In this document: piece by piece, positions 31,574 through 44,469 of the stretch
Layout of the letters: each line of letters begins with the position of its first letter
Numbering within the stretch: position 1 is the first letter of the stretch
Assembly: GCA_051294375.1 (NCBI GenBank)
Contig: CM119264.1
Span: 20,920,438-20,984,437 of the forward strand
Direction: 5' to 3'
DNA from: Paraspadella gotoi
Taxonomy: Eukaryota > Animalia > Chaetognatha
DNA: 64,000 bases
Notes under the pieces: model-generated
The model's input: only the letters and a program-made list of their open reading frames with translations
The model's database searches: none
What the model was told of the DNA's origin: nothing
Made by a program: the position numbers and the translations under genes

Positions 31574-32098
31574 TAGTGCGTAGTGAAAGTTACATCCAGA
31601 CATTCTAAATGTCGATTATGAACAACATACAATCAGTGAACATTAATTTGTAAAAAAAATGTATGTTCTTCAATTTTTGCAGTAGACTATATTTATATAT
31701 AGTAATATCCTTATAAAAAAATTAAAATAGGCTTTTCTTAATTTTGATTGAAGATTTGAATTCCTCGTCAAAAGTTAATAAAAGAAAATATAAATCATTT
31801 TTAAAAATTCTTTTAATAAGTGGGTTAAAAATTAAAAAAACTATATTTAATATATAAAATATAAATTTTCAGCTCAAAATATAGGTTTTTTATATTTGAT
31901 CAACTTAATGAAAGAATTTTTAAAAAAGAGTTATATTTCTTTATATCAACTTTTCATGACGAATCGAATTGTGCAAAAAAAAACTTAAAAAAAATTTTTT
32001 TGAAATTTTAACATTTATTGGATTAGTACTAGTAAAAATATGGCCTACTGCGTAAATTGTAAAATTTATTTTAAATTTTTTTTATACTACGCTTTAGT
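31574..32098. mobile_element. AT-rich non-autonomous DNA element with internal inverted repeats
   Basis: Inverted homologous copy at ~51165-51572 (TAG.GCGTAGTGAAAGT end shared). Confidence 0.5.
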
Positions 32099-32818
32099 AC
32101 GCACGTCTTTTGTTTTTCTTGTCTACACACAGAAGAAGGTTGATATTACAGTGTGTCCCAATGGTACTGTCTGTTAAGAAAAGCATACTGTTCCTATACC
32201 AGATCGAAAAACTTTAATTCATTATAATGAATATGCGCACAAGTATGGACCATTTTATAGGATACCTAAATTTTAAAAATTAAACAAAGCAAACTCCTGT
32301 AGTTATTACATGAAGCAATTGGTAAAAAAAAACTTTCAGTGATTTTTAAAACAAAGTTTTAAATAATATATTTTTTATTATTTATCAAATATTTTTTATA
32401 ATACTGTTTAAATAATGTTTTAAATATTTTCTTTAGAAAGGACAGTCAGAAACTACCTCATATTTTTAGCTCCAGAGCTTTTATAATGCTGTAATCCTTA
32501 TTTTTAAAATTATAAACTTACCCTGTTCATATTAATTTTTTAATTGATTTAATAATAATTTATTGAATAAATAGCAACCATTTTGTTATGGCTTAATGAT
32601 TCAATAGCTCACAACTTCAAATAATAAAATTTAAATATCAAATTAATTAGCATATTTTTATAAATTTTTTTTGTTTATTTCTTTTTATTAATGCACTTAT
32701 TTTATACAAATTAAAAATTAAATAATTCATATCTATTTAAAATATTTTTTTACATAAATTTTGTAATGTGTAAAAGTTAACCGACAGTATTGTACTTCCT
32801 GCCAAGTTATCACGACGG

Positions 32819-33034
32819 TGAGGAGACAGTAATAATTGTTATATGTTAGTGACAGAACCGTTAAATATAAGCAGTCCCTGAACTTCGGATCAGGCTGTAA
32901 CACCGTGTTACAGGCGGGTTAAGCGCCCCGTCCCTCTTAACTGCTAGGCGGCCACCGGGCTAGAACCCCGGACCTTTGGGTTGGGAGGCACCAATGGCCG
33001 CTGATGAACGGTTGGTGGATTTTAGTCCACCATA
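32819..33034 (-). mobile_element. Family A tRNA-headed twister element, single copy
   Basis: Reverse complement of the 25192 unit with an ~18-nt deletion in the tRNA-like head. Confidence 0.72.
32870..32945 (-). ncRNA. Twister ribozyme, type P5 (family A)
   Basis: AGCAGTT-AA-GAGG-GA-CGG-GGCGCT-TAA-CCC-GC-C-TGTAACA(CGG)TGTTACA-G-CCTGA-TCCGAAGT-TCAGG-GACTGCT; predicted cleavage 32921/32920. Confidence 0.68.
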
Positions 33035-34591
33035 ACGGTAATATTTTGCAACGTTAACAGTTAACGGTTATTAACGGTTAAAAATAATTTTAACTTAACC
33101 GTTAATATATTTATTTTAACGGTTAAATTTGGTTAATTTTCAAGTATGATTTTTGTTATTTTCTGTTATGAAAACTTTGATTTTTTAAGAGAAAAGTTTT
33201 TTTTTTCTGTCTTCTCTTATTCTCCTCTCCCTTTCTCACTATATTTTCCCCCTGTCTCTTCTACAGAAGGCTTCATATTATAAAATGTGATACCCCTTTT
33301 TTGTGACCAGAATCTGTTCCCACCAAACTACCTGATAAAATTTAATGAAATTTTACATTTAGAGTGCTAATGATATATAAATGGAACTATCGAGGCGAAT
33401 TTTGATATTCAACCTTGACCAGAGATACAGGGCCCTGGGGGTGGACCCCTGGGGGGCCAAAAAAATGCTAAAAATGTTTTTTCCATTTTTCTTATTTTAA
33501 GTAGCATCAGGTGCATTGACGTTTTAAACATAAGAAAAAAAAACATTTTAGAAACTAAAATTGATAAATTTGCAATAATTAAGCATGGTTGAAGATGCAT
33601 GGTTCATCGTTTTACTTCCAATTATTCCAAATCTGACTTTAACTGCTGATGTTCATGAAGCTAAAAATTAAAGTAAATGAATATTTTTGAGGTAATAAAT
33701 ACGTTTTTGTGGAAGAGTAAACGTCTGTGCAACTGTTCAAAAACAAAAAAAAAAAAAAAAAATTTGAAAACAATTTTTGACCATTTTTTGCCCCCATGGG
33801 TGACCCCCCGGGGGGCCCATATATCGGCTCAGCGGTCAAATATTGAAATTCGCCTTGATATTTTTATTAGTATTTACATAGGGATCGTTCATTCCAAATT
33901 TCAATAAATTTGGTCCAGTAGTTTTCTCGGAACTAGTTCTGTACATTTTTCCCCTTTTTTTCCTTTGTTATTTTCAACCCTTTAAACTTTTTTCTATCCT
34001 AATCTCTTATCAATTTTTATTCCCCTTTCAGTATTTTTTTAACTTACTTTCTCCTAATTGTTTTCGTTTTTCCTTTCAGCTAATGTAATACATTTACATC
34101 AAAGAATCTTTTGAAATATAATATGCATCTGCATATATTTTCTTGCAAATAAAATTCTTACATGCAATAATATTCTATTTTGCTAACAAAAAAAAAATAA
34201 TCTTTCTAATTTTATTTTTTCTCACTTTTTCTTTCCCTTTTTAAAATGAACAAAGAAGTAAATAAAATAAAACCGAATAAATTTAAAAAAACTAAAATAA
34301 AAAATATTTATTATAAAACATTTAAAAAATGAACAATAGAAGGAATTGAATTGAATTGAAAAGGCATTAAGGCTAACTAAAACTATCTTTCAATGATGAT
34401 ATATTTATTAATTAATAACTCTTTCATTCAACCATTCAATTAATAAATTGATATTCATAATTAAGAGAAAACAAGGTTTATTTGTTTACAAACAACGGGT
34501 TTTTATTCCAAAAAACTGATATGTTTCGACTCTAGTTTTTCCAAGTCTACATCAGCGCGTAAGAGTAGAAACATGTCCGTTTTTTTTTAAT

Positions 34592-35854
34592 AACAAGTTT
34601 GAGCAAACAATGTCGGATCTGCCTACGAAAATTAATTAATTAATTAATCGATTAATTAATCAATTAATTAATTATTTTAATAATTAATTATAAATTTATA
34701 TACAGCTTATCATCATCGATGTCCTTAAAATAAAGTAAATGTGACTTATATTTTTTCCATTTAAAATCATTTCCACTGGCACAACTCCGTCAAAACTTTA
34801 TATCTAGCTTCTTCACAAACTTTCCTTCCTGCTCACAAAATTTCATCTCAATCTATTATGGGTTAAAATAAGTAAAAAGAGTCAAGTAAATGTGACTCAT
34901 ATTTTTTTTATTTAAACTCATTTCCATTCGTACCGAAACTTTATATCAAGCTTCGTCACACATTTTCCTACCCACACACAAAATTTGAACTCAATCTATC
35001 CATCCAATTATGATTAATTAGAGTATTTATTGGTGAAAATAAGTAAAAAGATTTTAGTAAATGCGACTTATGTTTTTTCCATTTAAACTCATATCCACTC
35101 ACACTATTCCGTCAAAACTTTATATCCAGCTTCATCACATATGTTCCTACCCATACACAAAATTTCACTCCGATCCAATCAGCCAATCACGAGTTATTGG
35201 GGCTTTTTGCTAAGGTGGAACGGATGGACGGATTGATTGACTGATTAATTAATTAGTGATTAATTAAATGACTAATTGATTAATTAACTGATTAATTATT
35301 TGATTTATTAATACATCCTGCATATACATTTAATATAAAAGGAAAAAAAATCATAATCAATTAGTTAAACAGGTTTTTTGTTTTTTTTTATTTAAACTCA
35401 TTTCCACTCAAACGATTCCACCGAAACTTGGTTTCCTGTTCAATCACACACTTTCCTACAAAATTCCAGGTCAATCGCCCCATCCACTCATGAGCAATTG
35501 GTGTTTAAATAGTGAATTATATTTTTTTGTTTTTTCCATTTAAACTCATTTCCACTCGGACGATTCCATAGAAACTTTATATCCAGCTCAATCACACAAT
35601 TCCCTACCCATACACAAAATTTCACTCAAATCCATCCATCCATCCAATCACGAGTAATTGGTGTTTTTTGCTAAGGTGTGATGGACGGACGGACGGACGG
35701 ACGGACAGACGCACATCATTTTTTTGCATAATTTATCATAATTAGATGTTCTGACATGATATAAGTTAGTGCCCGACAATATTGAGGGGGCGGACCGACG
35801 GACCAACAAATGGAATTATAGAGTCGGGATCTGCTGATAAGCAGATCCGACTAA
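34592..35854 (-). mobile_element. DINE-1/HINE-like element, full length
   Basis: Reverse complement of 16622-17922; absent from the homologous site at ~58464. Confidence 0.78.
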
Positions 35855-37077
35855 AAACCCGTTGTTTGTAAACAAATAAAATTTGCTTTCACTTATCTAT
35901 AAACGCAACAAAAAGAAAGTCTTAACACAATATTCAATGGTCATGGATTATAAAAGACTAACAAGAGAAAACATGCTTTCAAGAAACTAACAACTATAAA
36001 AATAATGAGGAAGAGAAATAGAAAAAGAAAAAGCAAAAGCGAAAGAAAGAAAGAGAAAGAGAAAACAAAATATACAGAATTAGAATTACATTGTGCTTTT
36101 TATTTTATTATCTTTTTTCATATTTTTATTATGCTATGAGCCAAAAGAAAGATTTATTATAATGCTTTATTTCATTAGCTGATGGGTAGATTCAAGATAG
36201 ATTTTTCAAACCAATTTTTTTAATTTATCAACTATAATGTGTACTAGGGTGAAGTGAAAGTTTGGAATCAAAATTTAGCAGTTATATCTTGAAAAACTTC
36301 ATATTAGTGAATACTAATCTGTAATTATTTTTCTTTTTTATAAATATAGTAGCCCAGTCAGCTTATTTTGTATATAGTACTACCCTTATATAAAGTCAAA
36401 TTTTCAAAATAGTTTTTTTTTAATTCTGAGAACAGATTCAGATCCTCGTTAAAAGTTAATAAAAGAAAGTATAAATCTTTTTCAAAAATTATGTCATTAA
36501 GTAGGTTAAAATTATAAAAAACTATATTTTTAAGCTGGAAATTTAAAATCGGCGTCTTAAATATAGTTTTTTACATTTTTGACTAACTTAATGAAAGAAT
36601 TTTTAAAAAAGTATTGTACTTTCTTATAATAACTTTTTGCAAGGAATCCAAATTCGATCTTAAAATTTAAAAATTTTGTATTTTGAAATTTTAGCCTATT
36701 ATATACTTATTACTATATATAAATATAGCTCACTGGTGCCCACTAATGTATAAAATTTAAAAATAAATTTACCACAATATTTTTATTGGTTTTTATGTTC
36801 ATGTTTTATATGCTAAAATTTTCAATTTTTAATTTTCTAAAATTTTATCATTTTCACATCACTCTAATGTGTACCTCATCTATTTGAAATAGAAGATAAA
36901 GACGATTCAGTAGCCGGAGTTAAGGAGAAAATACCATTAAATAATTTAATTAGTTTTAAATATTAATATTTTGAATTTAAAGTTTTAGGCATCGCGAATT
37001 TCTTTTCGTTTCGTTGTGTTTGAATTAGTAGAAGAAGTTTGAATTTGTTTACAGGATCGTTTTTATTGGTACATAGG

Positions 37078-37121
37078 GACGTACATGTTTCGGCTTTAAA
37101 TTACAAGCCTTCTTCAGCGCC
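37078..37121 (-). ncRNA. Minimal type I hammerhead ribozyme
   Basis: Minus strand GGCG-CTGAAGA-A-GGCTT(GTAATTTA)AAGCC-GAAACATGTA-CGTC. Confidence 0.75.
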
Positions 37122-37987
37122 ATAGAAAAATTGTTTGTTAATTTTACAAATTATTTGTGCAAAGGAAAAGTAAGAGAGAGAGAGAGAGAGAGAGAAAATT
37201 TAAAGTTAAATTATAAAATTAACCGATTTTAACGGTTAACCGTTAAAAAGTTAGTTTTAACGGTTAAGCGAAGTTCCTTAAAAATTAACGGCTAACTGAA
37301 CCCTAAGTAGTATCAGACAAAATGCAAATACATGGAAAAACCAAAATCATGCGAGAAATTGAATCAATTTGACGGAGAGCATTGAAGCATTCTCGTGAAG
37401 AGTATTGAAAAAATTGGAGGAGAAGATTGAAACAATCTGATCCATAAAAATTGATCAATTTTTAAAAAAAGAAAATATGTTCGAATTTCGAATGTTCGAA
37501 TTTCCTTGATAAATAAAACTCGCTCATCAGTTAACCTCTTTTTATTTATTGTTTTAGAAAGTTTTTTTCTTTCGCCTACTAAATTTTCGTGTCATCAATC
37601 CCAAAAATTAACGTCGTCATTCTGGGTCGCCACTCCCGATTCTATAAATCGGCACCAATGTCGAAACTCTGATGCGGATGAGGAAAAGAAAACAACGTTC
37701 CGGGTCGACGCTTCTGGTTTTTTTTCTCCTTGACGTCGAATGACGGACGAGTTTTATTTTTCACTCAGATGGCGCGAAATGAAATCGCGGTCGCCCACCC
37801 CCGCGTCATAACTGACGTTGAGTGGCGCGGGGTGGATGAGCGGCGTGGCCATATTGGGAGTAGAGGTCAAAAAACAGTGAAGCGTACCGATTATATACAG
37901 CGAAAACCAATCCGTGCATACAATTTTATTACCATCCCAATAGGTAAATTTGTATTCTAAGTATTTCTTCACAAAGATATTAAAAAA

Positions 37988-38947
37988 AACAAGTTTGAGC
38001 AAACAGTGTCGGATCTGCCTACAATAATTAAGCGGTAATCAGCTAATCAGATGATAAATGACAATATTTTTAAAAAAAAATTTTAACTCGCATCATTTTT
38101 TCAACTCACATCATTTTTTCAACTTGCATCATTTTTTCCACTCACATCATTTTTTCAACTCACATCATTTTTTCAACTCACATCATTATTTCAATTCGCT
38201 TCATTTTTTCTACTTGCATCATTTTTTTTTAACTCTGCATTCTTTTTTTACTTGCATTCATTTTTTTTAACTTGCATCTTTTATTTTTTTCACTTGCATA
38301 ATTTTTTCAACTTGCTTAATTTTTTGAATTGCATCATTTTTTACATTAATTAAATAATTAATTAATTAAACATTTATTAGTAATTATAAATATATAAAGA
38401 TTCAATAAATGTGACTTATGTTTTCTGCATTTAAACTCATTTCCACTGCAGGATTCCGTCAAAACTTTGTATCTAGCTTCTTACACACTTCCTACCCGCA
38501 CACAAAATTTCATTCTCAATCTATTAATTCAATTATGATTAATTCGAGCAATTATGGGTTAAAATAAGTAAAAAGATTCAAGTAAATGTGACGCATATTT
38601 TTTTTATTTAAACTCATTTCCACTCGCACGTTTCCACCAAAACTTTATCTCAAGCTTCGTCACACCACTTTCCTACTCACACACCAAAATTTCAACTCAA
38701 TATATCCATCCAATTATTGATTATTAGAGTATTATTGGTTAAAATAAGTAAAAATATTTTAGTAAATGCGACTTATGTTTTTTCCATTTAAACTCATTTG
38801 CACTCGCACGATTCCATCGAATCTTTTGTCCAGCTTTATCACACACTTTCCTACCCACACATAAATTTTATTCCAATCCACCACCAATCACGAGTTATTG
38901 GAGCTTTTTCTAAGGTGAAACAGACGGATACGGACAGACGGACGGAC
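37988..38947 (-). mobile_element. DINE-1/HINE-like element, truncated
   Basis: AACAAGTTTGAGCAAACAGTGTCGGATCTGC terminus, 18-bp tandem TTTTTCAACTCACATCAT, subrepeats, ends in GGAC repeats. Confidence 0.65.
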
Positions 38948-41140
38948 CGTGAAAGAACCCCCTCCTCGACCTAGCGGAGAGGGAGAAGACGTCGGGAGAG
39001 AAACTGGACTAAAGACCGGACCGCTGGCGCCGTAAAGTTTTATAAGTTTCTTATCTACTTGGAGTCCTGTTTAATTTACTGGCTTATAACATTACTCAAA
39101 GATATAGATATTCATACAATACAATCAATGGAATACTAACTATTAATCAAAGAAGCAATAGTAAACAATAAACAAAATCCATGAAAACACTAAGTGTCCA
39201 TTAGGCATCCACAAACGTTATTATGAAAATTTGCAAATTACTTGTTTCACTTATTTCTATTTTTATTATTTATGAAGGATTTAGTATTTAATCTTATTAT
39301 TTATTCAAATATATATTGCTTTCTTTTCTTAAAAATGTTTTATTTATCTAATAATTCAATTTTGGGAAGGGGAAGTCAGTGTTGTCTTCTGGAAATAGAG
39401 GGAGCATCTATACAACACAAGGTTAGATTACACATCTGCTGTCCTAATGTTTTCTAATAGATACTCACACGATCATTCTCTGTTAGAAAGTCATTAATGA
39501 AATCATAAAATATCTAAGAGGCTGAACAGAAAGGGTGGGAATGGATAATTTTTTGAGGGGTGACCAAAGTATATATGATTTTTTTTTACCAATAGGGATA
39601 AGACTACCATGTAGAATTGTATGTTCTGATAGGATTACATCTAAGGCGGGCCAAAATGAACACTTTTTATAACTTCTAATTCTCTCTAAAAAAATTTCTT
39701 TTTCCTTCTTTCTAATATCGATTTTCAATGCAATCTTTTGAATTAGTTCATTAGGTTGTTGCACTGAGCTTTTAAATATTTATTAATATATAACAAATGA
39801 CAAAAATTTTTTTTAAAAAAATTTATTTTAAGAACGGATTCTTATAGAGCTTGAAAAAGTTAAATGAAAGTAGTACTACATTTTTTTAAAATATTTGACA
39901 AGAAATTTGGTTAAAATAAAAAAAAAACGTTAAAAAATCATCATCATCATCATCATTGTGCTGAATTTTATAGTTTTTTAAAATTTTACCAATAAAACAA
40001 AAAAATTTTAAAAATTTGTATTAATAACCTTTATCTAACTTTTAAAGCTCTATCAGAATTTATCAAAAAAAATTGACAAATTCAAAAAAAAATTTTAACT
40101 TTTATATAGTAATAAATTATCTTTAAAGGCTTCCGTGCGCTTATTATGAAATATTTTTTTAAAATATATTTTTATTTTCATATTCTCTAACAGTCACTTT
40201 ACCATTATTTATTTTGAGAGAACTTCTAGTTTTCAACCTGTTCCGGCCTAATACATACCGGGAAAGTCTATAGGGCACCTTTATGTCATGAATATAATTT
40301 TAAAGTTATATTTTTTCTTTATTCTACTTTTTAATTGTTTCTTTTTTGAATATTTTTTATCTTTTTTTTATACAATGAAGGTCATCAGTTGGGAACCTAT
40401 ACCCTTCATGGATTTGGCTCTTTAATCCCAATATCCAGGTATAGGCGAGCCATCACCAATGGTGATCCTTCATTGTTGCTTATCTTATATTTTAAATGTA
40501 TATCTTGAATGTTTATCTGAAACAGACCAAAGCCCTGGCTTCACAGCATCATTAATTTTAGAGAAATTTTATTAAGGTTTTGTAATAATTTGTAATTTGT
40601 AAATAAATAAAATAAGTTAAATAATTAGTTTAATAATAAGTTAATAATTAAGGGTATGTTAATGTAAAGTTAACATTAAGTTAATTGTAAAGTTAAAAAG
40701 TTTAAAAAATAAATTAAATCAGAGAGAGAAGAGTCCCGTTTCAGAGCAAAATCTGGAATCTGGAATCCGCAAAAGAGAGAAAGAGACGAACGTCGATATC
40801 TCCTATATAAAAGAGCTTCTGAGTTACAGTCGTCTGGACTTTAAAGCTCCTCCCTTATCCACCGAGATCCTGTCCTCAGGATACGCTCCTGACGACGCCG
40901 GACTCGCGTCATACAAAATCTTAACCTCCGTCATCTTGTATTCTTCATTTACTGAGTCGCGCTACAAATAATCTCAAGTTGACTTTGAATGCTCCATCTC
41001 TGCCACGCGGGACTTCATCCGGTATAGTGAAATGTATGGTGGACTAAAATCCACCAACCGTTCATCAGTGGCCATTGGTGCCGGAGGCAAGTCATTCGCC
41101 TCCCAACCCAAAGGTCCGGGGTTCTAGCCCGGTGGTCGTC

Positions 41141-41218
41141 TGGCAGTTAAGAGAGACAGGGCGCTTAACCCGCCTGTAACATGGTGTTACAGCCTGATCC
41201 GAAGCTCAGGGACTGCTA
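41141..41218 (+). ncRNA. Twister ribozyme, type P5 (family A), two substitutions in P2'/T1'
   Basis: TGGCAGTT-AA-GAGA-GA-CAG-GGCGCT-TAA-CCC-GCC-TGTAACA/TGTTACA-G-CCTGA-TCCGAAGC-TCAGG-GACTGCTA; predicted cleavage 41166/41167. Confidence 0.6.
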
Positions 41219-41556
41219 AATTGAACGGTTCTGTCATTAACACTTATCAATAATTACTGTCTCTTCATTGGTGAGCCCGACTTCCGAACACAACAGCAAC
41301 AACAACACTTTCAGGCGACATGCCTGAACCTGGCGATGCACTTTCCGCCCACAACACATCAGGCGACATGCCTCAACTTGGTGACGAACTTTCCACCAAC
41401 AACAATTCACTGAAGAGACGCAACAGACTTCCCCTATGGGAGGGGGGATGTATGGTGGACTAAAATCCACCAACCGTTCATCAGCAGCCATTGGTGCGGA
41501 GGCAAGTCATTCGACTCCCAACCCAAAGGTCCTTGGTTCTAGCCCGGTGGTCGTCT

Positions 41557-41632
41557 GGTAGTTAAGAGGGACGGGGTGCTTAACCCGCCTGTAACATGGT
41601 GTTACAGCCTGATCCGAAGCTCAGGGACTGCT
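41557..41632 (+). ncRNA. Twister ribozyme, type P5 (family A)
   Basis: GGTAGTT-AA-GAGG-GA-CGG-GGTGCT-TAA-CCC-GCC-P3-G-CCTGA-TCCGAAGC-TCAGG-GACTGCT; predicted cleavage 41581/41582. Confidence 0.68.
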
Positions 41633-42539
41633 TATATTGAACGGTTCTGTCTTTATCACATAACAATAATTACTGTCTCTTCAAATGTAATCAAACGTCA
41701 TACAAAAAAAATATGTTTTCTTATTAGACCAAACATAATTGAGGGCCATAGCATAATAATATTATTGGGAACTCCCACGAAGTCCGTTCTGGTCAGCGGT
41801 GAAACCAGGGTGGTACAGAAGATAAAGATAAAAATAACACCACCGCTCCGAAGATCCTGTTCTCAGGACAAGCAGGGCAGCAGGGCTGCATTCATTCTTA
41901 ACGGTAGCCATCTTGGATTCTTCATTCACTGACCATGCTGTCTTACGCATCAATGCTATTATGTGCCACGCGGGATTTTAATAGAATTTTCATAAAGTAC
42001 TCAACTAATTGTCAAAGGATAAACATTAGGATCTCCTTATAACTCCGTTTTCTTTACGGCAAAACCAGAGTGGTACAGGTCCCCAAGAAAAGATAAAGAT
42101 CATACTCCTAGTCCCAAGCAGAGGACAGGTTTTCAACAATTATTTTATATTCCAAGAGATCATTTATGCATCGAAAAGAAATTGTATATTGGATCCCATG
42201 CTTCCCTAGAATCGCCGGGGACAACAAATTTATTAGAGTTCCGTAGTGTTCCTTCGCGATTTAGATTGAGTTTTTTTTCTTGTCTATTGCTTATTACAGA
42301 TACTGAAGGAAAATGTAAACACATCGGCTATTTAAACAAAAGAAAAACAATCACTGAATCCTATGCAACATGTCAGTTTCTGCAGCCATATGATACAACA
42401 AACGCGGGGAGATGTCAGACGAGTTGGCGAGGCGACAGGTTTTCATGGCGCTGCAATATGTCCTCTTCGTTTTCCTTTCAATACTTTTCCACGAACCTAA
42501 CCGTCGCTCTTTTTTATTAAGTCCAGTTGGCTCCAGAAT

Positions 42540-42666
42540 TTTTTTGCATAATTTATTATAATTCGATGTTCTGACATGATGTAAGTGAATGCCCGACAAG
42601 ATTGAGGGGGCGGACCGACGGACCGACAAAGTGAATTTTAGAGTCGGGATCTGCAGATCCGACTAA
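42540..42666 (-). mobile_element. Terminal fragment of DINE-1/HINE-like element
   Basis: Matches the 5' 125 bp of 16622-17922 in reverse complement. Confidence 0.65.
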
Positions 42667-43047
42667 AAAGAATACATACGTGAAGCTGAAGGCGAAACTG
42701 TACTCTTCGTTTTTTTTATCTTCTTCCTTCCTTTTCATTCTTCCCACCTTCCTTTCTGCTTTACGACAACCTGTAGAGTTCGTAATTTCCGTTGTTACAT
42801 CGGAAAGTGTCCGAATCGTTTCGGTGTTAACGAGGTTCCGATACGCGGAGTAAGGGGGAAAAGTAAGAATCCAATTTACGAGGAACACCCACCAATTCGG
42901 CAGACGTGGGATCTCCGTTTCAGGACGTTTTACTGCGTTATTGAAAATTATTGTTTTGTAACTAGTACCAATCTAAAAAAATATTTTCTATTCACATCGT
43001 TATTAAAGTTATGTTTAATTGGTTTTTCAACCGTCGGAAAATTAAGT

Positions 43048-43104
<57 letters not shown>

Positions 43105-43871
43105 ACTCTTTCTTCTTCTCACCTGTTTACTTTTTTGTAAAATACGACATTCAATCCTGCCTCTTTTCCGTCAAATTTCCGTTTTCATGAATTTTCTTTT
43201 TGTGATTTCGAAATTCGAAAAAAAAAAAACCTAACGGTTTAAAAAATCGAAAATCTTAAAAGTGGGGTGCACCGTTTTAAAAATGAGAAAAAGTAACAAA
43301 AGTGAATCGTTGAGAATTATGTAAATAGATGGCTTCTAACGAATTAACGTAAGTTTTGATTTATCATAAAAATTTATAAGCACATGGTATGGATGCATAA
43401 AAAAAAATTAAATAACATATAATTTATGATCCAATGATCCGACAAGAAAAATGGTTTTACTTGACAGTCAGTTTTCCATCGGGCATTAGCAGGACTACGA
43501 GCCAACTAAAAGTCAATGTTGTCATTGTGTTCTTGACGTTTAGTACGAGTTAAAATCATCTAGAAAAAAAAAGTCGATTCACTCGTCAGAATACAAAGGA
43601 AAAGTTAAACTAGGTAGAAAAGTGTTTATTATACTAGATAAGGAAAATTTCAGGTTGTTGTAATTTTTTGTAGCCCCATATTTTCGTATTGAAGGATAAA
43701 AATCAGAAAGATAAATAATGCTGAGCTAACTCTTTCAACCCAATCACCCTGAGCATTTCCACACCCCCTTTATCCATCTCTCGCGACGCCATTTCCACGC
43801 GCACCATCGACGTCGTCTCTTGCTTCTCCTTCGAACGCGACGTCCGCGCGACTACGACTTCGCCTCCAAAG

Positions 43872-43878
43872 TATAAAA
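43872..43878 (+). promoter_or_regulatory. Putative TATA box of the neuropeptide gene
   Basis: TATAAAA after a CpG-rich patch, followed ~80 nt later by a donor CAG/GTAAAA (probable non-coding first exon). Confidence 0.4.
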
Positions 43879-44469
43879 CCACGGAATTTCTGTTGAGATT
43901 TTGTGCAACCGAAACTCGCTCGAATCAAACCTGGAAACCCAATAACATTATCAGGTAAAAATAATTATAAGCGCACTGTACTTACTAATATTTGCGAAAT
44001 CGAAATTATGTTTGTTCAATAGATAACTGCTTAATGAAATTGTATAAAAAATTTGTAAAATTATGATTAGGACAAATAATAGATTATTATAATTAGTACT
44101 ATGTTCAGAACTACTGATTTGATTGTTGACGCTAAGTACAAGTTGAATGTCAAATAATATCACTTGGTAGAATGCTTATGTTTTTGTTTGTTTTTTTCAG
44201 ATAAAAAAATTTCAATAAAGATTATTCGTTGGGAATTCATTTTTAAATCGTTCACAAATTAGAAATCCTTAAGGATAAAGCGAATTTTCGGGCTTGGAAG
44301 CGTATGATTTCTCTCTGGCATTTTGTCTGATGTGAGCGCGTGAGAATTTTAATCCGTCACACTTATTTTTCATAAGCACTAAATTTCACCTACACAAGCA
44401 GGGTCATTTGCTGATTCTTAAACTTGTTAATAAAATAATCGTGGTTTTTGGCAGTTAAAGAAGGCAACA

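Larger units (their letters stand above)
33050..37305. mobile_element. Non-autonomous hAT-like element copy with nested insertions
   Basis: Colinear with 57567-60009; right TIR ...TTAACGGCTAACTGAACCCTA at 37305; interrupted by inserts at ~33266-33942, 34592-35854 and ~36245-36870. Confidence 0.7.
41032..41680 (+). mobile_element. Family A tRNA-headed twister element, head-to-tail 1.5-mer with two complete ribozyme motifs
   Basis: Units start at 41032 and 41448; twister motifs at 41141-41218 and 41557-41632. Confidence 0.75.

Noticed and set aside
32995-33034. CTGATGA in family A elements as a hammerhead core
   Set aside because: The following hairpin is not followed by GAAA and no stems I/III can be formed.
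39180-39770. Possible retroelement protein relic on the minus strand
   Set aside because: No RT or endonuclease motif recognisable by eye; needs a translated search.
42100-42130. GTCCCAAGC resembling a twister L4
   Set aside because: No P4 stem, UAA..GCC or GA-GGG partner nearby.
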